From a virus (lineage: Duplodnaviria > Caudoviricetes), in IMG/VR virus record IMGVR_UViG_3300044699_000035, positions 1 to 60,656 of that record: a DNA stretch of 60,656 bases; one strand, given 5' to 3'. The notes beneath the pieces were generated by a model. That model did not search any database. It was not told the origin of the DNA and worked only from the letters and a program-made list of their open reading frames with translations. Below are positions 12,281-23,916 of this stretch, piece after piece. Numbering within the stretch: the first letter of the stretch is position 1; each line of letters opens with the position of its first letter. A program made the position numbers and the translations under genes.

Positions 12281-12577
12281 ATGACACCGGAAGGGGAGTT
12301 GAAGAAAGAAATAAAAGAAGAACTAAACTGGTGGACCCCTCTCTGGTACTACATGCCGGTGTCGTGTGGCTTCGGTAAACAGGGCATTCCCGATTTCATC
12401 ATCTGCGCTAACGGCCGGTTCCTCTCCATCGAAACGAAGGACAAGGGGAAGAAAAGAACTCCACTACAAAATTTACAGAACACCGAAATAACCTTGGCTC
12501 AGGGTATTGCTCTACTGATATTCCCTGAGGAAATCGAAAACGTTCGTAGCTATCTCGGATGTGCGGGTGTACACAAC
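12281..12577 (+). CDS. VRR-NUC domain nuclease
   Basis: MTPEGELKKEIK..YYMPV..GFGKQGIPDFIICANGRFLSIETK..TPLQ; has its own GGAG RBS. Confidence 0.85.
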
Positions 12578-14135
12578 GTGCAACTACTTCCAAATAACAA
12601 ACTAGCAATACGGGTGCGGGACCCGAACGTGATCCTCACGCTGATCCCTCACGCCACGCTGCACAAAGACAACGTACTTACGATGCCGCATCGGCTCGAG
12701 GAGACGAAGGTCCTGCGTAACCTGGGCATCAAGGTGCCCGCTCCGATCATCAGCAACTACGACTGGCCGCGAGACACGCGGCAGATACCGCAGCCGTTCC
12801 ACCATCAGATCGAAACCGCGGCGTTCATGACCATGAACCGCAAGTGCTTCGTGCTGCTGGACATGGGGCTGGGGAAAACGATCGCATCGCTGTGGGCCGC
12901 GGACTGGCTGATGAAACAGGGCATCATCAGGAAGGTGCTGATCCTGTCCACGCTCTCCACCCTCGACATAACGTGGCAGCGCGAGCTCTTCCGCAATCTC
13001 ATGCACCGCAAGTCGATGGTGGTGCACGGCACCAAGCATCAACGCATGTGCGCTTTGACTGAAGACGTCGACTTCTTCATCATGAACCATCACGGCATGC
13101 TGGTGATGGGCGACGAGTTGCCGGCGCGCAACGACATTGATCTCGTGATCCTCGACGAAGCGTCGATGGTCCGCAACTCGCAGACCAAGATCTACAAGGC
13201 GTTGAAGAAGTACCTACGCCCTGATCAGTGGCTGTGGCTGCTCACCGGCCGTCCGTGTCCTGGCGGTCCCGTCGATGCATGGGCACTGGCGCAGTTGGTG
13301 TCGCCTGATCGTGTGCCCAAGTTCTTCACCCGGTGGAAGGACGAGACGATGCGCAAGGTGTCCATGTTCAAGTGGGTGCCGCGGGAAGGATCAACGCAAC
13401 GTATGCACGACGCGATGCAACCAGCGATCCGCTTCGCCAAGAAGGACTTGCCTCGATCTGCCGCCGGTCACGTACCTCGATCGCGCGTCGCCCATGTCGG
13501 ATACGCAGCAGGCGTACTACAACATGATGAAGTCGCAGATGGTGATCTACGCGCAGGAGCACCAGATAACCTCGGTCAACGCGGCGATCCTCCTCGGCAA
13601 ACTGCTGCAGATCTGTGCCGGGGCGGTGAAGACGGACGCGGGGGAGTACATCGGGCTCGACATGGCTCCGCGTCTGAACGTCCTCGACGAGTGCATGGAG
13701 CAGGCGCAGGCCAAGGTCATCGTCGTTGTGCCGTACACCGGAGCGCTGCGCCTTGTAGCCGAACACGTTCGCAAGACCTACAGCTGCGAGATAATCGACG
13801 GTAATGTGAACCGCGGTAAGCGCAAGGAAATCTTCACGGCGTTCGTGGATCACGCGCACCCACAAGCTATTGTGGCTCACCCCAAGGTGATATCCCATGG
13901 GTTGAATCTGACCCAGGCGGATCTCATCGTTTGGTTTTCTCCAGTACACTCGCTCGACATGTATGAGCAGGCGAACGAGCGCATGGCCCGTCCTGGGCAG
14001 AAGCTGGAAACCAACATCGTCCACATCGGAGGATGCCCGCTTGAGTGGGGTGTATACAAAGTGCTGCGCACCCGCGGTGCAGCACAGGAAGAATTGCTTG
14101 AGATGTTCAGGCAAGAGTTGCAATTAAGTCCGTAG
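12578..14135 (+). CDS. SNF2-family SF2 helicase (one frameshift near 13450)
   Basis: LDMGLGKT, LVILDEAS, LLTGRP, HGLNLTQAD and YEQANERMARPGQ. Confidence 0.92.
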
Positions 14136-14174
14136 TAGTTTATAGTCGTAGTAACTAGCACAGGAGGTGGGGCC

Positions 14175-14579
14175 ATGGAAATCAACACCATGGAAGAAGC
14201 CGCTTTGGCTTATCGCAAGATCGAAGAGAAGCTGGAAGCGGAGCAAGCTGCGTTCGAAGCAAAGACCGCGAAGCACAAGCAAGCAATGGAACAGCTGACA
14301 GTGGTCATGACCGCCATGCTGAACCGTGCCGGTGTCGCATCGATGAACATCCCTGGTGTAGCTGAGATCAAGCTGGTGCCGAAGCGTACCTTCGGCTGCA
14401 GTGACTGGGATGCGTTCATGACTTGGTTGGTGGAGCAGAACATGCCGGAGCTCCTGCAGAAACGTATTCATGAAGCGAACATGCAGCACGTCGTGGACAC
14501 GCACGGTGGTGGGAACTTCCTCCCCCCGGGCGTGAAAGTACACACCGTCAACACCCTGAAGGTCCTGAAAGGAAAATGA
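14175..14579 (+). CDS. Conserved phage replication-module protein, 134 aa
   Basis: Intact ORF, RBS AGGAGG; coiled N-terminus, DWDAF..ELLQKRI..LPPGV. Confidence 0.75.
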   Translation: MEINTMEEAALAYRKIEEKLEAEQAAFEAKTAKHKQAMEQLTVVMTAMLNRAGVASMNIPGVAEIKLVPKRTFGCSDWDAFMTWLVEQNMPELLQKRIHEANMQHVVDTHGGGNFLPPGVKVHTVNTLKVLKGK

Positions 14580-14580
14580 T

Positions 14581-15691
14581 ATGACCACCGCAATCGCAAT
14601 CTTCGAGCAACCGACTACCGTACCGGCGTACCTGAAGGAGAGCCCCGTTGCCAAGACGCTGGCGACACAGATGGAAGGTGGGCTTGCCGGCCGATCGATC
14701 AACCGCATTTCTCTTCGAAATGGAAAGTTTCGGTTCAACATCAAGGGTGTCGAAGTCGGCGTGCAGCAAGGCGACAATCTCGACGTCGTGATCATCGCCG
14801 CCAACCCGGCTGTGTCGCGGATCTACTACGCAGGTGCGTACGACGCACAGGCGGAAGGTACTCGTCCCGACTGCTACTCGAGGAACGGTGAAACGCCCGA
14901 AGCTGACTCGCCCAACCGGCAAGCCGACAAGTGCGCGCTGTGTCCGCAGAACGCAGTCAACTCCTCGCGTAGTGGCCAGGGCAAGGCGTGCGCGTACAAG
15001 AAGCGCGTCATCGTGGTCGACCCGACGAACATCATGGGTACTGCGTTCGCCATGGATATCGCCGCGATGGGGCTCTTCGGCGAAGACGACAAGGCCAACC
15101 GCAAGTTCAATCTGAAGTCGTACATCGAAGCGCTCAAGGCCAACGGGTTCATCATCCCGGCCGTCGTCACGCGCATGACGTTCGACGACGAGGAGTCGGT
15201 GCCCAAGCTCCTGTTCACCCCGATGCGCGCCCTCACTGCGGAGGAGTGGGCCCATGTCGAACAGCGCGCGGTCGACCCGGTGATCAAGGAAATGCTGGAT
15301 GAGGTGCAGAACGAGGATGCGCAAGTGCCCAAGCAACAAGGCACTACCGCCGCCCTACCGCAAGCCACCGCACCAGCACCGCAACAGACGGCTCCGCAGC
15401 CCACGGCACAGCCGGTCCCGGCTGCGCCCGCCCAGCACACCCCCGCTCCCCCGCGCGCACGTCGGGGACGCCCGCCTGCGGCCGACACGCCGCCTGTCGC
15501 AGCACCGCAGCCGACGGCGGCTCCGCCTGCGGCGGCTACCGGCTGCCCCAGCCTGCCGTGCTACTCGGGCTTCGCGTTTCACGGCTCCGGCCACGGCTGC
15601 ACCGCCGCCTGCGGCACCGCCCGCTGCAGCCACCGCGGCTCCCGCTCCTGGCGGGGGGTTCACGATCGATCTCGACAACTTCGATCTGTGA
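14581..15691 (+). CDS. Putative single-stranded DNA-binding protein
   Basis: RISLRNGKFR, LDVVII, PDCYS..CALCPQN..GKAC; Pro/Ala linker and acidic-aromatic tail FTIDLDNFDL* after a frameshift. Confidence 0.65.
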
Positions 15692-15697
15692 TGCACC

Positions 15698-15991
15698 ATG
15701 ACCACCAACGACGAGGACTTCGATGACATCGAAGTAAGTGAGCCGATGCGCGGGGTGCCACTGCCCCGTGCCGGCGGGTTCCTCGGACGTTTGCGGCCCA
15801 AGCTTGAGCAGTTGACGGTGGGAATGGTGCTCGAACTAAAGAACGTGACGGCGAAGCAAGAGAAATACCTCCGGCAGAAATTGCCGGAGGTAGGTCGTTC
15901 AATGGACATGCGGTACTCGATTCGCGTGGCCACGAACTACCGCGCTCCCGCAGCTGGGAAACGCACCTTGCACGTTCATCGCGTTGAATAG
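15698..15991 (+). CDS. Small basic hypothetical protein, possibly DNA-binding
   Basis: Intact 97 aa ORF. Confidence 0.6.
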   Translation: MTTNDEDFDDIEVSEPMRGVPLPRAGGFLGRLRPKLEQLTVGMVLELKNVTAKQEKYLRQKLPEVGRSMDMRYSIRVATNYRAPAAGKRTLHVHRVE

Positions 15992-16032
15992 TATCGTGCC
16001 CCCTTACCCACCCAATTTGCTGAGGACTTACG

Positions 16033-18847
16033 GTGCAGCCGACCGAGACGTTTCTTTCGCTTGTGCTGCCAACACATGGAACGCGCGTGCTATGCGAGCT
16101 CACCGATAAAGGTGTACGCAATCATACGTACGTAGAGGGAACTAGCTACACCGAAATCGCTGCTGATGCCCTGGCCATGGACGCCAAAGGGCACACCGTG
16201 TACATGGCACTAGGAGGTTTCGAGCATGAGACGGTGGCCCGCTTCAAGGGGCGCACGGCTGACAACGCGCGGTGGTTCCGTTCTCTCTGGCTCGACATCG
16301 ATGTTGGCGACGATAAGGATTACAAGACTCTCCGAGAGGCAACCGATGCATTCACGAAGTTCGTAAACGAAGTAGGGCTACCAGCACCGACGATGGTGCA
16401 CAGCGGCTACGGGTGGCATGTGTACTGGCCGCTGGTCGAAGATCTACACATCGACGACTGGCGTCCCGCCGCAGCAGGGCTGAAAGCTCTAGCTCTCGCG
16501 CGTGGCTTGCGCATCGACGCGACGGCAACGGCTGACGCTGCACGTATCCTGCGCCCCGTCGGAACGCACAACTACAAGCAAGCGCAGCCCAAGGAAGTAC
16601 GCGCGATCAAGATCAGTGAAGCGGTAGCGTTCGAAGTCTGAAGTCGCTGGTCCCTGCGGTACCTGCCGTCATCGTCGGGCACGCTGCCTAAGGCGAACGG
16701 CACCCACGTACCGGCAGCAGCGTTTGGCCTAGGTTCTGTCGACGTCTCACGACCCAGCGACTTCAGCGCACGGAAGATAATCAAGGGGTGCCAGCAATTC
16801 AAGTGGGCATCGGAGAACCAAGCCAAGGTGCAGGAGCCGATGTGGCGCGCGATGATCGGCACGCTCAAGCTGACCGACGAACCGGGGATCATCCACGAGT
16901 TCTCCAACCAGTATCCCGGATACACCCCGGCAGAGACAGAAGCGAAGGCATCGAACTGGGGCGGCGTAGGCGTCACCTGTTCGGTCCTAGAATCGTATCG
17001 CGCGGAGGGATGCGTCGGGTGCCCGCGCCGTGGGCTGATCAAGTCGCCTGCGTGGTTCGGTGCGCAGAACCAAGAGCTCCCGCCGGCCAAGATCGACGAA
17101 GCCACTGGTATGCCGGAGCACTGGCTGGTACTGCAGGACTCCCTGCACATCCGGTCCGATGACGGGCCGCAGCTTCTATACAACGGCATCATCGAGTTCG
17201 GTCAGCCGTTCAAGGAGCGGGACATGGTAGGTGGGAAGAACGACATTCAATACCTGCCGCTGATCGCGCGTACCGCACACGATCGACACGAGCTATTCCT
17301 GCACCTGGGTATGCACGCCTCGCTGCAGGAGTTGAAGAAAGCATTCTCAACAGTCGGCATCATCCCTGAAGTGCGTCAGGAGAAAGAGTTCTTCAACGGT
17401 ATGCGCGCATGGATACAGCAGATCACCGACGGCTCGACGTCAGTCAAGCCCGTTCGCCAGATGGGGTGGCAGTCGCACGAGTCCAGTGATACTGAAGCTG
17501 GCTTCGTTCTCGGCACCACGCTCTACACCCCAGGGAAGATGCAGCAAGTACGCATCGACGTCGCCGCGGAGAAGCACTCAAGGACATATGCGCCCACACG
17601 GTTCGCTGCTGCAGTGGCAGCGGGCGATCAACATGTACAACCGGCCGGAGTACGCGCGCTATGCACTCATGTCGTGGCTTATGTTCGGTGCTCCTCTGGC
17701 TCGGCTATTGGGCACTGGTATGCCTATCGCTCATTTTAATTCTCAAGGGAGTGGGCACGGAAAAACTGGTACCCAAGATCTTCTCCTATCTGGGGCTGGT
17801 AACCCTCGCGATCCTAATGGCCGCTGGACCGGTAACACTACTATTATTTCCATTTATGCGTACCTGACCGCGATGAACGGCAACGTGGCGATCCTCGATG
17901 AGACGTCAGCCATACCCCCGGAGACGCTGGGTAAGCTGATGTTCGAAGCCACGCTGGGGAGTGGGCGCAAGGCCATGCAAGGTGCGAGCGGGCAGACTCG
18001 AGATCTACCGCCGATCACCGGGATACTGTGTACCTCCGGCAACGTGTCGTTGCAGCAGCTGGCGCAGACCATGAAGGGCAACAGTGAGGCCCAGGTCGCT
18101 CGCGTGTTCGAGTTCAACGTGGTGCGCCCCGCCTTGTCGAAGGAGCAGCGCTACGCTGACGCCAAGATCTTCGAACTGGTCTACGACAACTACGGCCATG
18201 CAATGCCGGCGTACATCCAGTACGTGGTCGATCACCAGCGAGAGCTCAAGATACTCCTAGCCCATGTAGAGCAGAAGCTGGTGCAGCGGTTCGGCATGGA
18301 GAACGAGGAGCGGTTCTGGCGATCGCTTCTTACCGTGTGCATTGCCGGCGCGCTGACTGCGAACCAGCTGGGGCTGATCGACCATGACATTAACCGTCTG
18401 CTGCCCGCCGCGTACGATCACTTTTTCTACCAACGCAACGCTCTGAGCGACGAGGTGCACGGTAACCACTCGCTGTATCAGTTCGTGCAGGATAACCAGT
18501 CGTCGGTGCTGGTGGTCGACACCGATACACCTACGCAGTCGGGGCAGCTTAAGCTGGTCACCGGGCTACGCCTTCCTGCAACCCATGTCAACGTGCGTAT
18601 GCGATACGTGACCGACACGGCGGAGCTCTGGGTTGACCGTAAGTTCTTAAGGGCGTACTGTTCGGAGAAGAACCTGGACTTCCGCCTGCTCATCGCTGAC
18701 GCACAGCGGGAGGGCTGGCTTATTACGGATCAGGAGCGTAGGGATCTCGCCGCGTTCACCAAGCTAGGCACTCCGGCACGGGTCATCTGCTGTGCGTTCA
18801 ACATGAACAAAGCGAAGGACGTTGTTAACTTGATCAAGGGGCGATGA
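16033..18847 (+). CDS. Primase-polymerase / DUF927 helicase fusion (frameshifts near 16640 and 17590)
   Basis: LWLDIDVG, HSGYGWHVYW, ARILRPVGTHN; CxxC CVGCP; QMGW; GSGHGKT, AILDET and ARVFE. Confidence 0.85.
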
Positions 18848-19104
18848 TGTCGGCGAATAGTCACCAAATAAAAGGCAGTCACTACAACAAGTACGCCCTG
18901 CAGCCGTGGGATTTGTACGATGTGTGGAACATGAACCCTTTCGCCGCGCAGATCCTGAACTACATCGTGCGGTACCGGGACAAAGATGGCGTGTGGGATC
19001 TCAAGAAGGCGCGGCACTTCCTCGACAAGTGGATCGAAGTGGAAGAAGCGAAGCTGCGGCATGACCCAGCGATACCGACATTGACTGACGAGGTTAAACC
19101 ATGA
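18844..19104 (+). CDS. DUF3310 (SaV / T7 gp1.7-like) protein
   Basis: QIKGSHY..QPWD..NYIVRYRDKDGVWDLKKARHFL. Confidence 0.85.
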   Translation: MMSANSHQIKGSHYNKYALQPWDLYDVWNMNPFAAQILNYIVRYRDKDGVWDLKKARHFLDKWIEVEEAKLRHDPAIPTLTDEVKP

Positions 19105-21095
19105 AAGTCGTATTCGATTCCAGCAGAGAAGTAGTAACCCTCGAAGACACCGCGGTTGTAACTCCGCCTCCGCCGCCTCCGCCTCCGCCGCCTCCGGTGT
19201 CGGCTATGCCGGTGGTCACCATCGAGCCAATGAACTCGACCATGATCGTCGCACTGAACGGTTGGTGCGGCACGAATGGGAACTACGAGCGCTTCCAGAA
19301 ATTCGATCCGTGGAATTCCGCGCCGGTCAAGATGCCGTTCGGTTGCAAGGGTGCCGCGGCGACACGCATGCTCAAGGGCCCCACGTACACCCTACGCATC
19401 TACGAGATGCCCGCGAACGTGGAGGTGCGGACCGCGACCAAAACGCTGCTGACGGCGGTCCAGTCCTCGTCGTTCGACGTCGACCTCACCGGGCTGAAGA
19501 AGGGCTGGTACCGTGCACGCATCGACTGCCCAGTGCCGGAAACTTCACCGTCCTGGTTCATCTGGGTCCGCGGGAGCGCGGCCGATCCGATGCCAACCAT
19601 GATGCCCGTGGTCGCGGGGTCGTACGAGCTACTGCATTCTCCTCAACCGGGGAAGTGGGCGATGGTGCCGGCGGAGTTCAACCCGACGATCAAACCGCTA
19701 CCGCCGCGTGCGCATGTACCCTGGCCGGGAAACGTCACGCCGTCCATGCTCTATCGCGAGTACAAGGTTCCATACAAAGGTGATGACGACATCCATCGTC
19801 CGCGCTATACGGAGGGCGTGCTCAACACGTTCAACAGTCAGAGCTACGCGTACTTCAACCTTATCGCCGAGCTCCCCACTGTGGTACTGCGCGATGGTCC
19901 GCGTGGCGTAGGTACCGTTGGTTTCGCGACGCACATCCAGACCGGGCGCAACCAGCACGACTATTTCCTGCAGCCGTGGCGTTTATGCCGACTCGATGCA
20001 GACGGCACGATCACCACGCTTGTCGGCTGGAAGCATGACGACCAAGGCAACCTCGTACTCGTCGGCGACTGGAGCGGAGTTATCGGTAAGAAGGGCATGT
20101 GGGAAGCGTGGGGTGGATGCTGGGACCCTGACTCACTGGCGCTAGACCCCACCGCTCCGCCGATCGGAGGTGAGCAACCGCATCTAGGTATAGGACCGGT
20201 GTATTACATCGCCGATACCCGCAACAATCGCATCCTCAAACTACAGTTCGGCGCGACAACCCACGCACCGCCGATCGTCACTGAATTCATCACCAACATC
20301 CTCGACCCGTTCGACGTGCAGTGCTCGCCCAACGCAAACGGTGGCGACCTGTTCGTCAGCGAGCGAATGAGCAACCGCATTGCGGTGTACGACAAGAACA
20401 CCGGTGCCTTCAAGCGTGTGCTTGCACAAGGCTTGCCTCTGGCCACCGTTAACATTAACCGCATGATAGTGCGCTCAGGAACGGATGCAGCGATACAAGC
20501 GCAGCCGTGTGTATGTCCTGAAGGGTTGTCGTTGCAGGACGGCAAGCTCCAATTCGGCAGTTGGGCGATGCGCCAGATTTACGAACTCGACGCCATCACC
20601 GGAGCGCGCCTGCGCGTTGTGGGCACGCCGGCCACCGACTCGAACACCCGTTTCTTCAAGATCGCGCAGTCGGATGGCACGACCCTCCCACGCGGCACGA
20701 CGTTCGTTGTTGGTTGGAGCGCAGTCACCAATGGCGCTCCCCAAGCGTTCCTGCCTAGCGGCCAATCCGTGATGGTCCAGAATTTGTTTGCTGGCGACAA
20801 GATCCCATCACAGGGGCGCGGCGGTTATTACGAAGCGCTGGGCTATCCGGCCAGCGTGGGGTGTGGCAATGGGCGGGTACTGTACTCCGGATCTGCGGAG
20901 GGCATCGCGCAACTCACGCTTGCACAACCGACTGATCCAGTCATCGACTACGCGAAGTACCTGCGCGGGCGCTGGGAATATCCGACACGGGGCTTGCACC
21001 TAACCCACGGGTTCCACCACTTCCCGTACTGGGGCGTGCCACCTGCCACCGGTATCTCGGCAGATATCGACTACTACATCGCGGTGAATTACTAG
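19101..21095 (+). CDS. NHL / beta-propeller-like protein with poly-Pro linker, 664 aa
   Basis: Intact ORF; poly-Pro near the N-terminus; YIADTRNNRILKL, PFDV..LFVSERMSNRIAVYD and PEGLSL. Confidence 0.7.
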   Translation: MKVVFDSSREVVTLEDTAVVTPPPPPPPPPPPVSAMPVVTIEPMNSTMIVALNGWCGTNGNYERFQKFDPWNSAPVKMPFGCKGAAATRMLKGPTYTLRIYEMPANVEVRTATKTLLTAVQSSSFDVDLTGLKKGWYRARIDCPVPETSPSWFIWVRGSAADPMPTMMPVVAGSYELLHSPQPGKWAMVPAEFNPTIKPLPPRAHVPWPGNVTPSMLYREYKVPYKGDDDIHRPRYTEGVLNTFNSQSYAYFNLIAELPTVVLRDGPRGVGTVGFATHIQTGRNQHDYFLQPWRLCRLDADGTITTLVGWKHDDQGNLVLVGDWSGVIGKKGMWEAWGGCWDPDSLALDPTAPPIGGEQPHLGIGPVYYIADTRNNRILKLQFGATTHAPPIVTEFITNILDPFDVQCSPNANGGDLFVSERMSNRIAVYDKNTGAFKRVLAQGLPLATVNINRMIVRSGTDAAIQAQPCVCPEGLSLQDGKLQFGSWAMRQIYELDAITGARLRVVGTPATDSNTRFFKIAQSDGTTLPRGTTFVVGWSAVTNGAPQAFLPSGQSVMVQNLFAGDKIPSQGRGGYYEALGYPASVGCGNGRVLYSGSAEGIAQLTLAQPTDPVIDYAKYLRGRWEYPTRGLHLTHGFHHFPYWGVPPATGISADIDYYIAVNY

Positions 21096-21103
21096 GAGCT
21101 ACG

Positions 21104-21331
21104 ATGATCGATACCGCTACCCCCGTACCAGAGGAGATAGATCACAACGCGTTCGAGGCGTGGGCTCGCATGAAGGGGCTAAGTCTCCTCGAAGGCCGGT
21201 GTGCTGCGGAGGGCAGGTATCAATCTGCCAACACGCATTACGCATGGTTAGCATGGCGCGCAAGTGCCTGCACATTTCGCCATCCTGCCGGAGTATCCAG
21301 CGTGTCAACAGAGCCGCCTGCCGAGGAATAG
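21104..21331 (+). CDS. Hypothetical protein
   Basis: RBS AGGAG; AFEAWAR..GRYQSANTHYAWLAWRAS, a common small phage protein motif. Confidence 0.65.
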   Translation: MIDTATPVPEEIDHNAFEAWARMKGLSLLEGRCAAEGRYQSANTHYAWLAWRASACTFRHPAGVSSVSTEPPAEE

Positions 21332-21467
21332 CGTGGACCGTCTTTGGTACTGGATTCAACTGGCAATCTGGCCGCTCATTCGAGACACAGACTGCTACTA
21401 CTGTATCTTCCTTAGAGGTGTAGCAGTCGGTACGGTCGTAACGTGTATAATCACAGGAGCGATACTA

Positions 21468-21817
21468 TGGATACGGGCTTAGATGTAGACAAGATCAACA
21501 AGACCGCGCCGCCGGTCGAAGAACATTCCGACGAAGAGCAGCGGCAGGTGTCGGGGCTGTACGAGGCGATGTGGAAACTGTTCGACGGTGTGGACCATGT
21601 AGTCGTGGCGAAAGCATGCGGGGTATTCATGGTCACGCTGATGCATGTGAGTGAGAAGTGGGGGCACATCATTCCCGGGTTCATGAATCAAATGACCATG
21701 GGTGCTAACTTAGCACTGAACCATCACAAACCAAAAGGAAATGACAATGGCGAAGAAGGCGGCGGTACCGAAGAAGCGCAAGGGGACGATCGAGGTGTGG
21801 AAGTCAAAGAAGGATAG
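21468..21817 (+). CDS. Hypothetical protein
   Basis: RBS AGGAG; MDTGLDVDKINK... Confidence 0.55.
21701..21717. promoter_or_regulatory. Palindromic operator-like site, copy 3 (intragenic)
   Basis: GGTGCTAA-C-TTAGCACT about 25 bp upstream of the DUF1508 gene start. Confidence 0.6.
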
Positions 21818-21968
21818 GAAGTTCTACTTCCACCTGCGTTCGTCCAACGGGCGTATCGTGCTCCCCGCTGGCCAAGGTTACAGCCGGCGCGTGGATCTGA
21901 TCACCACCCTGCAGCATGTGTGCGACATCTTCACCGATCGTCGCTTCATTATTCAGGAGGCAGCGTGA
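21741..21968 (+). CDS. DUF1508 (YegP-like) protein
   Basis: IEVWKSKKDRKFYFHLRSSNGRIV..GQGYSRR. Confidence 0.75.
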   Translation: MTMAKKAAVPKKRKGTIEVWKSKKDRKFYFHLRSSNGRIVLPAGQGYSRRVDLITTLQHVCDIFTDRRFIIQEAA

Positions 21969-22101
21969 CTCCCTCAGAAGCGTATGAAAAGCTATGCAAG
22001 GAAATCAATGCCGCTACTCAAGACAAGCAACCGTATGTAGTGTTGCCTCTGGACGTAGCTAAAGCCCTTGAAGATGTAGTCGGCGGTGACTTGGAGAACA
22101 C

Positions 22102-23163
22102 ATGATCGAAATCGTAGCTGCGATGATCGTCCGCAACGAAGCCCCGGTGCTGCGTCGCTGCTTCGACTCGTTGAGGAAGGCAGGCATCAGCAAGATCATC
22201 GTCAATGACAACGGGTCTACCGACGACACGCCGAAGATCCTCGAGGAGTACGGGGTCATTCAAGTGCCGGGGCCATGGGTTGACTTCGCAACCAACCGTA
22301 ACCTAGTTCTCGGCGTGGCGCGTAGGTGGGGAGACTACGTGCTGTGCGGCATTGACGCTGACGAAGAACTGATCACGCCGGATGGCTGGGGGTGGCCTGC
22401 GCTCAACGCTGATTTGTACTCGATCTACGTACGCAACGGGAACCTGCTATACCCGCGCCATGCGTTGATCAACTCGCTGACGGGTGCGTCGTGGCAGTAC
22501 GTGATCCACGAGATCTTGATGCTGGAAGATCCCAATGCAAACGTTCCAGCGGTACCAGGACCGCACATCCTAGTACACAAAGACGGGCATCGGGCGACCG
22601 ATCCGCACGTACAACAGCGAGATCTCAACGTGCTGCTCAAGGCATGCATGGATTACCCCGAAGAGCCGCGCTACGTGTTCTACACGGCGCAGACGTTCAA
22701 GGATCTGAACTTCCTTGAGAGCGCCGCTCATTACTACCGCAAGCGCATCGACATGGGTGGGTACTACCAAGAGCGCTGGTATTCACAGTACATGCTAGGG
22801 CGCATTGAAGACTGGTGCGACCGCAACCCAATCTCTGAATACCTCAAGGCGTACGACATGAACGTAGGCCGCGTCGAACCCCTGTATCATGCCGCTGACT
22901 GGCTGCGTCGTAACCACCAGCCACGCGCTGCGTATGCCCTGGTGTCGGGGTTCCGTAAGCACATGCTGCCAGGACTGTTCGTCGAGTCCGATGTCTACGA
23001 ATGGCGCTTGCTGGATCTCATCGCATCGTGCGCATGGTGGGCTGACGAGAAAGCCGCCGGGGCTGCAGCTTCACAGGCGCTGTCGATGCGGCAGTTCCCC
23101 GAAGAACACCGGGTACGCATCGAAGCCAACGCAAAGCTATACGAGAATCTCTGGCCGAAGTAG
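22102..23163 (+). CDS. Glycosyltransferase family 2 with TPR repeats
   Basis: MIVRNEAPVLRRCFDS, DNGSTDDT, WVDFATNRN, IDADE (DxD), YVIHE; TPR-like PRYVFYTAQT..AAHYYRKR. Confidence 0.92.
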   Translation: MIEIVAAMIVRNEAPVLRRCFDSLRKAGISKIIVNDNGSTDDTPKILEEYGVIQVPGPWVDFATNRNLVLGVARRWGDYVLCGIDADEELITPDGWGWPALNADLYSIYVRNGNLLYPRHALINSLTGASWQYVIHEILMLEDPNANVPAVPGPHILVHKDGHRATDPHVQQRDLNVLLKACMDYPEEPRYVFYTAQTFKDLNFLESAAHYYRKRIDMGGYYQERWYSQYMLGRIEDWCDRNPISEYLKAYDMNVGRVEPLYHAADWLRRNHQPRAAYALVSGFRKHMLPGLFVESDVYEWRLLDLIASCAWWADEKAAGAAASQALSMRQFPEEHRVRIEANAKLYENLWPK

Positions 23164-23255
23164 TCGCCCCGCAGGCGCGCTCGGGTCCCCCTCCACGGGG
23201 GTTCATGATTGGGTATCCAGGGGGGCGTACCTTAAGCGCGCCAAGCCCCCCACTC

Positions 23256-23916
23256 TCACGCCGACATGAACACGATCCACGTATTCTCAACGTGGAATAG
23301 CGGCCAGCCCTGCTCCTGCTTCTCGTCCAGCACCGACTTGACGTCCACCGTTCCCAGCGTGTGGTAGTCGTGCCAGATAATCAATCCACCCTTACGCACC
23401 ACCTGCAACGACAGCATCGTGTCGGCCAGCACACCCGATCGCGAGTGGTCCCCGTCGATGAACGCAGCGTCACAGATCGGAAGATCCGTAGGGTGCACGT
23501 ACGCGGAGCCCTGCGGGTGCAACAGCAGCTGGAAGCGCGGTCCATCATCACCAACTCCCCCGGCCGATCCGGCACCTCGCCGCGCTGAACTTCCTTCGGC
23601 GTGACGAACCCTTGCGGTACATCGATGCCCACGTAGCGCTCGATCCCTGGAACGTATTCCAAGATCGCCTGTGCGGTACGCCCGACGTTCACTCCCGAAC
23701 TCCAGCACTGCCTTCGGCTTCACCGTGGAGATCAACCCGCACAGCACTTCGAGCTCGCCTGGGTTCATGAACCGCCGCGGCCGGTTGGTCCAGTCGATCA
23801 CCGGCATCGGGATCGCACGCTGCGGCACCCTGGGTGATAAGCGGCGTGAGCGCCTGGGAGACACCAGCTGCGACCTTCCTGCGTTCCACCGGGCGGTGGT
23901 TCATCCTCATCGGCAT
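23256..23916 (-). CDS. Class I SAM-dependent methyltransferase (Methyltransf_24-like), frameshifted
   Basis: KPKAVLEFG-NVGRT, YVGID, DAAFIDGDHS and GGLIIWHDY. Confidence 0.85.

Noticed and set aside
23174-23243. tRNA gene
   Set aside because: There is an acceptor-like stem, but no TTC T-loop or D-arm consensus on either strand
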